From Octopus vulgaris (Eukaryota), in contig OX597825.1 in the NCBI GenBank assembly GCA_951406725.2, forward strand, positions 42,470,001 to 42,534,000: a DNA stretch of 64,000 nucleotides, given 5' to 3'. The notes beneath the pieces are model-generated. The model saw nothing but the letters and a program-made list of their open reading frames with translations, was not told where the DNA came from and did no database searches. The number at the start of each line of letters is the position of its first letter. Within the stretch, counting starts at the first letter, position 1. The translations under genes and the position numbers were made by a program. This document shows, in pieces, positions 1 through 11,990 of this stretch.

Positions 1-1143
1 TTCCATCGGTGTTGCAGTGCTTGGATCCCTTTTGGCAAAGAAGCTTTCATCCTAAAAAAAATTCATCAACAGCAGATATGACATCATTATCACTGTGATA
101 CTGGTTTCAAGCCAAGTGTTTTACATGTTAGGAAACATATAAAAATCAGATGGGGCCATATCAACCAGTTCAAAGCCACAGCCACACACGGCAGCCATTG
201 AAACCAAGGACTTGTGTACTGGATCATTGTCCTGATAAAACAAGACAACTTTCTTCAGTTTTCCTGGGTAGTTGGTCTTGATAGTCTTTCGTAACTGCCT
301 CGACAAGTTGGCATAGCACTCTTCATTGATGATATGGCCCTTCTGAAGATAGTCAATAAATGCAATGCTTTTTGTATCCCACAAAACTGAAATATTCACC
401 TTTCCTGCAGATGAAACAACTTAGGCCTTCTTTGGAGAAGGTGATGAGGAGTATTTCCACTGTGTGGATTGTTTCTTTGTCTTTGATTCAAAGTGATGAA
501 GCCAACACTCATACTGGATTAGAAAACATGCAAAGAAACCAGCTGGATCTGCTGCAAACAACATCAGATTTTCCCATGATGCAATCAGCCTGGGGTGCTT
601 TTAATAAGGTGTCAGATGTAACACCTACCAGACAGAAACCTTCATCATGCCAACTCCATTGTGTAGAATATTCTCAACTTTCTCAAGGGATATGCTAATA
701 GCATTGGCCTTTTGATTTATAGTCAATCATCCATCGTCCATTATCATGTGGTGAATATGATCAGTATTTTCCTCAGTGAAGGCAGTTGCAGGACATCTAG
801 ACACTGGGATATCTTCAAGATTTTTCCTTCCCCTCCTAAATTCAGCTGCACACTTTTACACTGTTGATAAAGCTGGAGTGGATGTAGCAATTGCGTCAGC
901 ATGAGTGTCCTTGGGGGCCCATTTTTCTAGGGGTACTTGAAACCACCTCAATGCCAAATTTTATCCATTTTCAAGTCACTACCAGTTACTTTTTAAGTCC
1001 CTTTTGAACAGTCAGATGTCAGTTTGTCTGAAAAGAAACAATGCAGTTATTAATGAGAAGAATTGAAAATAATGCATGCAAGATTACACAGCTGTAGCAT
1101 CACTCCTTTATAGTCAGTCTATGAATGCTTCAGCCCACCCTCC
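1..1143 (-). mobile_element. Degenerate mariner (Tc1/mariner) DNA transposon, running off the window start
   Basis: ORF 121-399(-) reads WDTKSIAFIDYLQKG..VLFYQDNDPVHKS..APSDFYMFPNM, a mariner catalytic region. A mariner-type TIR (gagggtgggctgaagcattcatagactgactat on -) lies at about 1110-1143. Confidence 0.9.
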
Positions 1144-2139
1144 TCAGTTATTTTTACATGTAAACATGTGCAAAAAAGCATATACATGATGTCATATATC
1201 GATAAGAAATCAGATATATAATCCTTTATCAATGGAAGGCTTAAGATTCTCCTCCACAAAAGTAGTACTTCAGAAAAAAATTATTAGGATAAAACAAATG
1301 CTGTAAAGTATTGGCTAAAGGAATAAATTGGAAAATCAAATAATGCAACAAGAAAAAAAAAGTATAAACACCAGGCGTAGCCATATTCACTGACCAAAAC
1401 ATAAGATATATATGAACAAAATATTCATCAGTCATTAAATAGGAAAATCCATTATCAAAAACCTCATTAAAGAGTACAAAATATGCTTTTATTCCATCAG
1501 AAACTAGCAGGAATAATATATCACAAGAACATGTAAAAGGAAATGGTAATCAACAATAAACCACAAGCCAGGAGACTTGTAAATGACCTTTATGTAACCA
1601 ATTTAATGTCCAAATACAGCTCTAAACACAAAATCTGTAATCTTTATGATTTTGTTAAATTGGGCGTACACACACTACACTTTTTGTCTCACTGATTATG
1701 CATCTACAACAACAGAGAAACCAAAAAAAACTGCAGCACACTATCACACAAAACAAAAGTACATAAGGTCACTAGAAATAACATAATCTATACAGAACAG
1801 CTAAAACTTTTAGATAATTAATCATGGAAACTATATTAATAGTGGAACAATGTACAAAATTGAAAGAGCGAATAAAAAATTTCTGAAAGAAAAACCAAGG
1901 CCAATGTGCAGAATTATGTAGGAACAAGAGAGTGAGATAACTCACCATTCCATACACAAGAAAAAAACCAATAAGAAAATAAATTTCCAATACAAAAATG
2001 AAAACTGAAGCAGTTATTGTCTGACTATCAGCATTTCTCGCTTACACACTCACAAAAATACACACAACACCTAGTTGTCTAACAAGTTTTCATGAATCAG
2101 AAAAAAAACAGGAACTCATGCATTAAATGCCTGATTGTA

Positions 2140-2140
<1 letters not shown>

Positions 2141-2232
<92 letters not shown>
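2141..2232. repeat. (ATT/TAA)n microsatellite at the 3' end of an R4/Dong LINE
   Basis: About 30 direct ATT units. Confidence 0.98.
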
Positions 2233-2234
<2 letters not shown>

Positions 2235-4522
2235 ATAGTATTATTTTTATTCAATAGTAGTATTTTTATCATTTGCTTTCACTGTACTACTGAGCATAGC
2301 TCTGTATGCCTATGTGTTATGGTTTGTTTTGATGTTGTTATTTTTATTGTTAAAAGTGCTTTACATGGAATATGTACAGTGCCTAGCAGTGCTATTTTCA
2401 GTATGTTGTATATATATTCGTAAGTCCTTGTGTTTTAGTTATGAATTTCTCTATATTTTGTAACCATACCGAATGCACCCATTTACAGGCTCTATATTTG
2501 GGTTATTCCTACTACCAGATCTTTGTATTTTGAGAATTTCTCTGTTTCTTTTAGAGATACATTGTCACCTGTAGGACTGATATTATGATTAGAAGGTATC
2601 TTTATTCTTGGTGGTTCCTGATGACAATATCTAGCCCATTAGCCTAAATCTCTTTATGCACTGACATAACCCAGAGAAAGGTTGATCTGTCATTTTCAGG
2701 GACATACTTATACTATTTATGTTTCAGTTGTCATTCCATAGTACTAGCACAGCTTCCAGTGTCCAAACTTTGTCACGTCTGTCTGGATATATTCTTTCTT
2801 AGCCAGAACTGGGTAGCCAGAGACAATAATATTTCTTTCTTTCCCATCAACACATATTCTGCAGTTACTAAGTGTATTTTTCTTCATTTTGTATTTTTGA
2901 TGGTTTTTGATATGGAGGTTTTGACCTTGTGCTGGAATTAAAAATGCTTCAGTCTCTGCTTTGAGTCCTGAGATTCTCAACCATTTTTTGGATTTAACTT
3001 TGTCTATTTCTTTTCTGTTTATCATATCCCAGCAGTTTCTATGTAAGGGATTTTCTTGCCATCGTTTTATCATGGTATTTTGTCACTCCAGTTTCAGCTT
3101 CTATTTTGGTTGCTTTACAGCTTTTGTTACTGCTTCTTTTTCTTTCCTATGTCAGGTATTATGATCTCTTTCTTACATTTCTCAGTTTCCCAAAGACTGA
3201 AAACAGATTTCTTTGCTCATGGTTTGTATCTATTTGAACCAGCTTTCCCTGGTTCTGAGTTAGAGGTTTCTGTAATCCTACAGTGGGTATTTCACAGTAA
3301 TTTTCTAGTTGTATAAGGCCTCTAGCTTCAATTCGTTGCATATATAACCTTTCTACATTAGACTGTGGATGATGTATTCTAAATTCCATCATTATTTTTC
3401 ATGTTTTCCTGTCTAGTTTGACTAGCTCATTTAGTGTCCAATTAAGAATATTGCAACCATAACTTCTAACTGAGACAGCTAGAGAATTAACACTAAATCT
3501 TATTTTTCACATTGTGCTGTTTTAAGTACTAATCTAACTTGTCTATAATATTCCTTCCTTATCTTCTCTTTCGTTTGCATGTATTGTACAATATATAGTT
3601 CATTAAGTATTTCTATGTCTGGGTTTGATCTAGTTCTCTTATTTCATTTTCTGTATCGAGTGTGATATTTTTATTTTTAACTAGTTGTCTTCTTTTCAAA
3701 GTTGCTTTGGCACATTTTTCTCACCCCAATTTCATAGTTATTCCTTTGGTAAATCCTTGCTTTGTCTGTAGTAATATTTCCAGCTGTTTATTATTTGCAA
3801 CATGCAGCTTGAGATCATCCATATACCATAGCTTTTGTATCCACAACCAGTTGTTTAGCAAGTTACTTGAAGGCATCAGTGCCAGACAGAAAAGGAGTGG
3901 AGAGAAGAAGTTTCCATGGAATATTAATCTTCCAACTAGGATGGCTTTAGTTTTTATAATTTTCTACTTCTGTCTTTTGTGGGTAGAGCACTACTGTAAA
4001 AATAAGTGTGTAGGATAGAAACATATTCCTTTAATGTCCACATGTTTTTTTGATTTTATAAGTGAGACATGAGAAATAATACCAGCCACTTATATAGATT
4101 TATCAACATTTTTGTAGGGTACCAGTCTGCACGTTTCTGGTGTTAAAGAATTTTGCATGTTTAATTTTCCATACTTTTTGTCTTTAATGTTTAAAATATG
4201 CACTTCTTATTTGCTATTCTTCAACTGAATAATGAGTGTTATTTGAATTTTTCTTCTTTCCTTGTGAATGATGGTAGGAACAGAGGCAGCCTGTTGTTAA
4301 TATGAACTGCAATCTGGTGATCATATTCACATGTGTTGGAGATTACAAACTTCTATAATGCATCCTTTAATGCAGAAAAGAGAATTAAATTTTAATGAGT
4401 ATTACTTGGTTATGATCCAACATTGTGCCAGTGTTTTCTGGCTGACATTAGTTGTTTTTATTTCTGATGATTTTAGACAGATTTCAGAGTAATGTTTTAT
4501 CATTCTCACATGTTAAACACCC

Positions 4523-4523
<1 letters not shown>
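2233..4523 (-). mobile_element. Decayed R4/Dong-type non-LTR retrotransposon (RT + CCHC knuckle + restriction-like endonuclease)
   Basis: Minus-strand translation gives FSPLLFCLALMP..YMDDLKL (~3800-3920), HPQSNVERLYM..RGLIQLE (3159-3392), GLKAETEAF..CRIC..IVSG.PVLAKKEYI..HWKLC (2744-3073), a (P)DIVIR-like motif ~2620 and KIALLGT ~2390. TAA repeats flank both sides. Confidence 0.85.
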
Positions 4524-4609
<86 letters not shown>

Positions 4610-4620
4610 CCTTATTATTA
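4524..4620. repeat. (ATT/TAA)n microsatellite
   Basis: About 30 ATT units. Confidence 0.98.
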
Positions 4621-4622
4621 CT

Positions 4623-4840
4623 AAGGTGGTGAGCTGGCAGAATCACTAGCATGCCAGGCAAAATGCTTAGCAGTAATTCATCCATTTTTATGCTCTGAGT
4701 TTAAATTTCACCAAGGTTGACTTTTCCTTTCATCTTTTTGGGGGTCGATAAATTAAGTGCCAGCTGTGTACTGGGGTCAATCTAATCAACTGGCTCCTTC
4801 CCCAAAATTTCAGGCCTTGTGTTTATAGTAGAAAGGATTT
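4623..4840 (+). mobile_element. tRNA-type SINE, family B (aaggcggcgagctggcagaa... head)
   Basis: Shares the head and the ctttcatcctttggggtcgataaattaagtaccag core with copies at 14690, 23162, 37256 and 40675. Confidence 0.85.
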
Positions 4841-5254
4841 CTATTACAATTATTTTCTATAATAGTATAGTAATAATAGTGTAATAATAAGAATATTATG
4901 TAGTCTCATGACAGCCAATTAATGATACTAAATATTTTCATAGCAACAATTGACAGGTCACAATTTTTGCACATAGCTGAATGGAAAAGTATAACTTGAG
5001 ACCTGAAAATGCCACAGTTGGTTTATAGGTGTCATTTTTGTTGTAAAAGAAAAGAAAAGGAAAAAAAAAACAATGCAAAAACATAGCCATAGCAGATAGA
5101 ATGGCAGAAGAAGAAAGAAGTAATCAGAGTTATGTCCTTAGGATTGGTCGTTCTGTTTCTTTAAATGCATCATAGCATTCCGGTAGCAAAAATTCTGCTC
5201 CACCTGTATGTGTTATTTGATTGTAGGTTGAAGGCAAGTATATATTAGCCAATG

Positions 5255-5510
5255 ATGAGGGTGCATGGCCTAGTAGTTAGGATGTTGCAAGTTCATGATT
5301 TCAGTGCCTGGACCAAGTGGTGCATTGTGCTTCTGTAATCCCTTTGACAACTGATGTGTGGCACACAGTGCACCTGTTCGGGCAACTTCAGTTTAATAGA
5401 GGGAATGAGCTGATGTACAGCACATACATTGGATCACTATAAACAAATCATTTATCCCAGTTGTTTAGCAACAAATTGCAGAACCACATTTCTCAGCCTA
5501 TGAGACACTA
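5255..5510 (+). mobile_element. Probable third tRNA-type SINE family copy
   Basis: A-box-like tggcctagtagttagg head followed by a GC-richer body; single copy in the window. Confidence 0.5.
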
Positions 5511-5619
5511 ACATCATTAGCCAACTGGTAGGTTTCACCCTAAGTATATGAATTGTTTCTTCTTCCATTGGTACTGCCCTCATTATTTTTCTCCTGACAC
5601 TCATCATTTACATACAACA

Positions 5620-6035
5620 CAGGCACAGTCGTGGCTGTGTGGTAAGAAGCTTGCTTCCTAACCACATGGTTCTGGGTTCAGTCCCACTGCTTGGCACCTT
5701 GGACAAGTGTCTTCTATTATATTCTAGGGCCAAATAAAACCTTGTGAATGGATTTGACAGACAGAAACTGAAAGAAGCCCATCATGTGTGTATGTGTGTG
5801 TGTGTGTGTATGTGTGCGTGCATGCTTATGTGTGTATGTCTGTGTTTGTCCACTTTACCATCACTTGGCAACCGATGCTGGTGCATCTATGTGACTATAA
5901 ATTAATGGTTTGATAAAAGAGTCTGATAGAATAAGTACTAGGCTTACAAAGAGTAAATCTCGGGGCTGATTTCTTTGGCAAAACCCTTTAATGCAGTGTT
6001 CCAGCATGGCTGAAACATATAAAAGAATAAAAAGA
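5620..6035 (+). mobile_element. tRNA-type SINE, family A (gtggctgtgtggtaagaagcttgcttcc... head, internal GT/TA microsatellite)
   Basis: A/B-box-like head (ggttcagtccc) and ccagcatggc..gaaaca..aaaaga tail; more than 10 related copies in the window. Confidence 0.9.
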
Positions 6036-6864
6036 ACACACTGTTATACACACACATCTAAATGACCATATCTTAAAAGCTCCCCTACTTAAAAGCTCCC
6101 CTACTTCTCACATCCTTCTTTCCACCACTTCACTGCACCTCTATCCCCTTTTTTCTGTTTTCCTCTACACCTTTACCCACTCTTCACCTTACAATTAAAA
6201 AGTAGACTTTTTGCCACCTGAATTTTGAAATGCTGGTTACCAGCCAAAAGCTGTGAACATGTCCTTCTACATCAACAGTCATGAGATTCTTGAGATTATC
6301 CTTGCTTCTCATTTTGGTGCTGGTCCAGTTATTGCTAGAAGATTTTGTTGTATGTTCTCTAGATGCAGATATAATTTCAATGAATCAAAAATTTGTACAT
6401 TATCAATTATATCTGTCTTGTCTTTGTTATTCAGGTACATACTTGTAGCTACTGTGAGCTACCTCTCTTATCTCAGTTTATCAAAGCATAAGAAAATTAC
6501 CAAGGCCTTCAATGTGCTATTCTCAGTTTCTTTTTTTTTTTTGTCCAATCATTTCACCTGTTAGATAAAACATAAGACAACTGCTGTACTAATGAAGTCC
6601 ATTAAGGCAGAAAACAAATGTCCACAGATGCCTATTTGTCTCAAGACAAACAAACTGTCTCTTCCTTAAGGTCATATCAAAATTTTGGAGAATTCTTTCT
6701 TCTTGTGCTTATCACTGTTTTACGTTTACAATTGATACAATTATCACCTGTGATTATTTCACTTTCTCTTGAAGAGGAGATAATTTCAATTCATCAAGAA
6801 TTTATCTCCTGTTATAATTAATACACTTATATTTGCATACTATTTAAATATATACACACATATA

Positions 6865-7109
6865 TTCTTTTATTCTTTTTTCCCTTTTATTTGTTTCAGT
6901 CATCTGACAGCAGCCAAGCTGGATCACTGTCTTGGAAAGTTTTAGTGGATCAAATTAACCCCAGGACTTAATTTTTAAGCCTAGTACTTATTCTATTGGT
7001 CTCTTTTGAACTGCTAAGTTATGAGGATGTAAACACGCAAACACTGGGTTTCTTTCAGTTTCCATTAACTAAATTCATTTGCAAGGCTTCTTACCACACA
7101 GCCATGCTT

Positions 7110-7110
<1 letters not shown>
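6865..7110 (-). mobile_element. SINE family A, internally deleted
   Basis: Reverse complement of family A tail, body and head pieces. Confidence 0.8.
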
Positions 7111-7163
<53 letters not shown>

Positions 7164-7819
7164 CATACACACATACACGCACATATTATTTAATGTAGAA
7201 ATTTTTTAGAAAAAGTTGCTAATAATTTCATGCTGTATAGATACAATAGTTGGCAGGTTTATAAAACATGCCAAGCAATCTTTCAAGAGCAATCCATACC
7301 AACTGATGTCTAAATGTATGCACTAAGCCTGAAAAGTTGCTTGGTGATACATGGCATGTTATATAAATCTGCTAAATTATTATATATCTACAGCATGAAA
7401 CTATTAGTTGCTCTTTTGCAAATTGTGTATATTAAATGATGTTTATCTTGTCCTGGATAGAGTACGTGTTTTGTTGATCCAGCCTAAAATGAAACAATAT
7501 ATATGTGTGTGTGTTTGTATGTATCTCTTGGAGAGCAATGCCTGTCATCACTACAGACGGAGGAAGCAGGTTAAGGAGGGGACTGACACCTTTGAAAGAG
7601 CATGTATACTGCATGAAGAATTTAAGCTCATTGCTAGTATAATGAATGGGGAAAGATTGGTTTGCAATGTTGACAGTCGAATATGCTTTTCAAGAGCAGG
7701 GCTCATTAGCCACCAACCGAGCCACAAATGCAAAATATAAGTTAGTCCTAGAGTGCACAGTGTTCCTAAAGGTCAGCAATGGTCTTCCTCGATCATGAGT
7801 GGACGGCCATTGCATCATT

Positions 7820-8205
7820 TTTTAATTGTTTCAGACTGTGGCCATGTGGGGGTAGTACTTTGAATGGATTTAGTTGCACAAATCAACCCCATGACTTATT
7901 TTTTCTGAAGCCTAGTACTTATTCTATTGGTCACTTTGTCCAAACTAATAAGTTATGGGGACATATACTCACTAACACCAGTTGTCAAACAGTAGTAGGA
8001 GACAAACACAATGTCACAAACACACACACACACACACACATATATAGGATAGTCTTCTTCCAGATGCTGTCTAACAAATCCACTCACAAGGCTTTGGTTC
8101 ACCTGAGACTATGGCAGAAGACACTTTCCCAAGGTGCTACATTATGAGACTGAACGTGGAACCACATAGTTGGGAAGCAAGCTTTTTACCACACAGCCAC
8201 CTGTA
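7820..8205 (-). mobile_element. SINE family A, near full length
   Basis: Reverse complement of the 5620-6035 family. Confidence 0.88.
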
Positions 8206-8429
8206 CCTATATATATGTGTGTGTGCATGTATGTGTGTATGTGAGTGTGTGCATGTGTGTATTCGTGTATCATTCCATAACAGCTACCTCTGATGAGTGG
8301 AAGGTTACATAATTGGACTGTTATCCAACACTCCATTCAATCCTTAGTGCAAAACCAGTTGGTAAGATTGACCATAATGGATATATAATACTGTACACTT
8401 TGATATATATATAATAGGAATTGTGAGAT

Positions 8430-8529
8430 GCTTACAATACTTAGGTTTCCCAAGCAGTCACCCATCTAAGTACTCACTAGGCTTGACGTTGCTTAACTTT
8501 GGTGGTCAGATGAGAAACGGTAATTTCAA
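8430..8529 (-). pseudogene. 5S rRNA-derived sequence (5'-truncated pseudogene or SINE3-like)
   Basis: Minus strand ccgtttctcatctgaccaccaaagttaagcaacgtcaagcctagtgagtacttagatgggtgactgcttgggaaacctaagtattgtaagc aligns by eye to invertebrate 5S rRNA, including the A-box and C-box regions. Confidence 0.85.
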
Positions 8530-8533
8530 AGAC

Positions 8534-8586
8534 CCTAGTGAGTTCTTAGATGGGTGACGACTTGGAAAACCTAGGTGTTGTAAGTG
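8534..8586 (+). pseudogene. Inverted second copy of the 3' half of the 5S rRNA-derived sequence
   Basis: cctagtgagttcttagatgggtgacgacttggaaaacctaggtgttgtaag is the reverse complement of 8430-8481 with few mismatches. Confidence 0.8.
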
Positions 8587-8614
8587 TCTCAAACTTTCTG
8601 GTTATTTATATATA

Positions 8615-8661
<47 letters not shown>

Positions 8662-8881
8662 TTTAAGAAGTATAACTCCAAACTTACAGGGAAAAATTAA
8701 ATTTAGTATTAAATCAAATTTCACAATATAAATACATAATATATATAAATTAAAGAAAAACCACTTTTTGTGATCTAGTTATATGTTTTAAAATATATTT
8801 TATTTTTTATTTATGATTTGGTTTATGTCTATCATTGTTTGAATTGCATAATAGTGTTTTTTCTCTAATACATATATATGT

Positions 8882-9388
8882 GCAAGAGTGGCTGTGTGGT
8901 AAGAAGCTTACTTCCTAACCACATGGTTCATTCGATAGCTGCAAAGCTCTTTCTGTTGTATTTGTAGTATATGTATAATTATTAATTTTTTTCCTTCTAC
9001 TGTATATAACCGTAAAGTTTTGTGCTGTTATATATGCATAATTCTTTGTCTGTTGTATTTATATAATGTCTTGTTTGTTTCTGTCTTAGTATTCATTCTC
9101 TAGCTTTTTCCCAATACCTTAATAACAGCACTGGTACCTCCAAAATTGAGTGGTCTCAATGGTAATGGTGCAAAACCACTATGATATTTTGGGTCATTGA
9201 CTGACTCCTTGTTGTGTCCATTTTGTTTAACCTTATATATATATGTATTTGTGTGTCTGTGTCTGTCTACCCACCATCGTTTGCCTATAAATGTTGGTGT
9301 GTTTAGGCCCCTGTAACTTAGCAGATCAGCAAAAGGGACTGATGAAATTGCAAAGATTAAGTCCTGGGGTCTTTTGACTAAGGACAAA
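8882..9388 (+). mobile_element. SINE family A, head (8882-8930) and body (9240-9388) separated by unrelated sequence
   Basis: gtggctgtgtggtaagaagcttacttcc head; gtaacttagcagatcagcaaaag..aagtcctggggtc body. Confidence 0.7.
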
Positions 9389-9390
9389 TT

Positions 9391-9757
9391 AAATTAAGCT
9401 GGCATGTGTGGAAGTGAAGCCTTACACCCTGAACATAAGAGATGAAAGTCATGGGTAGGAATATAAGAGATGCTACATGGATGGTAGTCAAACTAAGAAA
9501 GAAAGGTCAGGCTTGGCAAAACACTGGTCATGTGGAAGGAGAGGAGAGAGATAGGTGGCAGAGGGATTGAAGAATTAGGGAGGGATGAGAAAGAGAAAAA
9601 GAAAGGAAAGGGACAGAGTGAGGTGAAGGAGGAGGGAAAGTGATGAGAATGAAGGGAAGGCCAAGAAATGTGAGAGAGGGTGAGTGAGAAAAAGAAAAGT
9701 GGAAAGAATGAAGAAAGTGTGAAGGGGCTAAAAGAAAGAGTAAAATAGTTGTACAAA

Positions 9758-9795
<38 letters not shown>

Positions 9796-11507
9796 ATATA
9801 TGTACTTACATATGAGACCAAAAGTGTATGTATGTCGCCATATGTATATATAGAAAAAAACACAAGGTTAATGTTGATATTATTACCTGGAAACGAAATT
9901 GAAAAAATAAATAGTGCAACGGATGTATAAAAAAGGGTGTAGAAAATGAATATGAAAACAATGCATGTAAAGCAACAGGGGTGGGGTTTGGGGAGAGGAC
10001 TTTGGAAAATTCACAAGATCTGAATTTTTCCTCGTAACTTTTAGGAAAATGGTTTTTTTAAAAGAAATTTTATATAAATACCTTTCAAATGGCATATATT
10101 ACGATTATAATGAAATTTGTGGGTTAAATCTATTCCAAAGGAGTGGGGATAAGACTTTGAAAAATTCACAAGATCCGATTTTTTTCCTTTGAGGAAAATG
10201 GATATCTTTTCATGAAATTGTATATAAATACTTTTCGCATGACATGCATTACAGATGCCTAATATGCTGCAAACCCCTTATTTTTGTTCAGAAAAATGGC
10301 GGGGGGAAATACGGGAAATACTAGAAACTAGAGGTATAGGAAAATGTTTTTCTTTTTTATGATGAATGAATTGCGGTGACTTAATATGCCACAATCTGCA
10401 ATCTGGGATTAATATATCCAGTGATTTTTAAGAGGTATGTTAAAGATATTTTGTTTTAATATTATAATTTTACTTGTTTCACATATAAATTTCATTATAA
10501 TCGTAATGTATGTTGTTTGAAAGGTATTTGTATAAAATTTCATTTAATAAAACCCATTTTCCTAAAAGTTACAAGGGAAAAACTCGGATCTTGTGAATTT
10601 TCCAAAGTCCTATCTCCACCTCCCACCCCGTTACTTTCTGCACATTTTTGTTTTCATGTTTGCTTCCTACACCTTTTTTTACACTCGTACTAATTTTTTT
10701 TTCGATTTCATTTCCAGGTAATAATATCAACATTAACCAAAAACAAAACAAAATATGGAACAAGAATGTAACAGGCGACAACAAAACATCCAGACAGTTA
10801 GATGATACAAAAAAGGACAGGAAAAAATAAGGACGTGTCATTTGGAGCTTTCTTTTGTCAGTCGAGTTCCAGATCATCGCTGCAGTTTCAGCCAGTTACA
10901 CTTGAGGCTGCGCCAATCTTCACCTCACTCTGTCCTTTTCCTTTCTTTTTCTCTTTTTCTCGTCCCTCCCTAATTCTTCAATCTCTCTTTTCCCCCACCC
11001 CTCTCCTCTCCTTCCATGTGACCAGTGTTCTGCCAAGCCTGATCTTTCTTGGTTCAGCTACCATCCGTGTAGCATCTCTTATATCCCTTCCCATGACATT
11101 CATCTCTTATGTTCAGGGTGTAAGTCTTCACTTCCATACACCAGCTTTATTTAGTTCATCCTAAGTTGAAGAATACCTGTTGATTGTATTTGTAATTGTG
11201 TACCATTTCTCAATTTTTTCATGCTTGTTTTTGTATACATTTGCTTGCTCTCTTCCAAAGAATCTAGTGCCTTTAGCTTAGATTTTCTTGAGGCCAGCCA
11301 GATTGTAGCAGTCTCGAGTGTAACCAGCCAAAACTGCAATGATGATCTGGAATTCGACTGGCGAAATAATCCGTCCTTTTTTGTATCATCTAACTGTCCG
11401 GATGTTTTGTTGTCGCCTGCTACAATTCTTGTTCCATTTTTTTTTGTTTTTTCTATATATATATACATATAGCAGCATATGTACACATTTGGTCTTCTGT
11501 ATGTAAG

Positions 11508-11510
<3 letters not shown>
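9391..11510. repeat. Interleaved inverted repeats A..B|A'..B' (fold-back element, probably Penelope-like)
   Basis: 9391-9630 is the reverse complement of 10918-11152; 9800-9865 plus 10739-10919 is the reverse complement of 11300-11510. Confidence 0.85.
9866..10738. mobile_element. MITE with ~270-bp TIRs, Merlin-like
   Basis: Ends GGTTAATGTTGATATT...AATATCAACATTAACC; arms 9866-10125 and 10480-10738; 8-bp TSD aaacacaa/aaaaacaa (7/8). Confidence 0.8.
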
Positions 11511-11539
<29 letters not shown>

Positions 11540-11990
11540 TATATGTAAGTATATATATATATATATATATATATATACGCACACATACATATATAAATAT
11601 GTTTATATATATATATACATATATCAATATATATTTATATCCATACACATACATACATATATAAACATGTATATATACATACACATATTCACACACATAT
11701 ATATATGTATGAATGTATGTATGTATATATGTAGACCCTTATATATACACATATATACATATATAAATATGTATATGGATATATACATACACATATGCAC
11801 ACATATATACACATACATATATAAACATGTGCATATATACATACACATATATACATACCCACGCACACACATATATACATACACATGTATACATACACAC
11901 ACCCACACGCATAGACATATGTATATACATAGATGCGTAGACAAGCTTACATGCAACCTTACACACCCACCCACACATAGACATAGATAC
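11508..11990. repeat. Degenerate (TA)/(CA)/(TACA) microsatellite field
   Basis: Continuous low-complexity dinucleotide sequence. Confidence 0.95.

Noticed and set aside
5620-5700. tRNA gene candidates at SINE heads
   Set aside because: A/B-box-like motifs only; no complete cloverleaf, and each continues into a SINE body
6071-6108. 16-bp tandem duplication (similar 19-bp one at ~16759-16795)
   Set aside because: Ordinary replication slippage with no further structure
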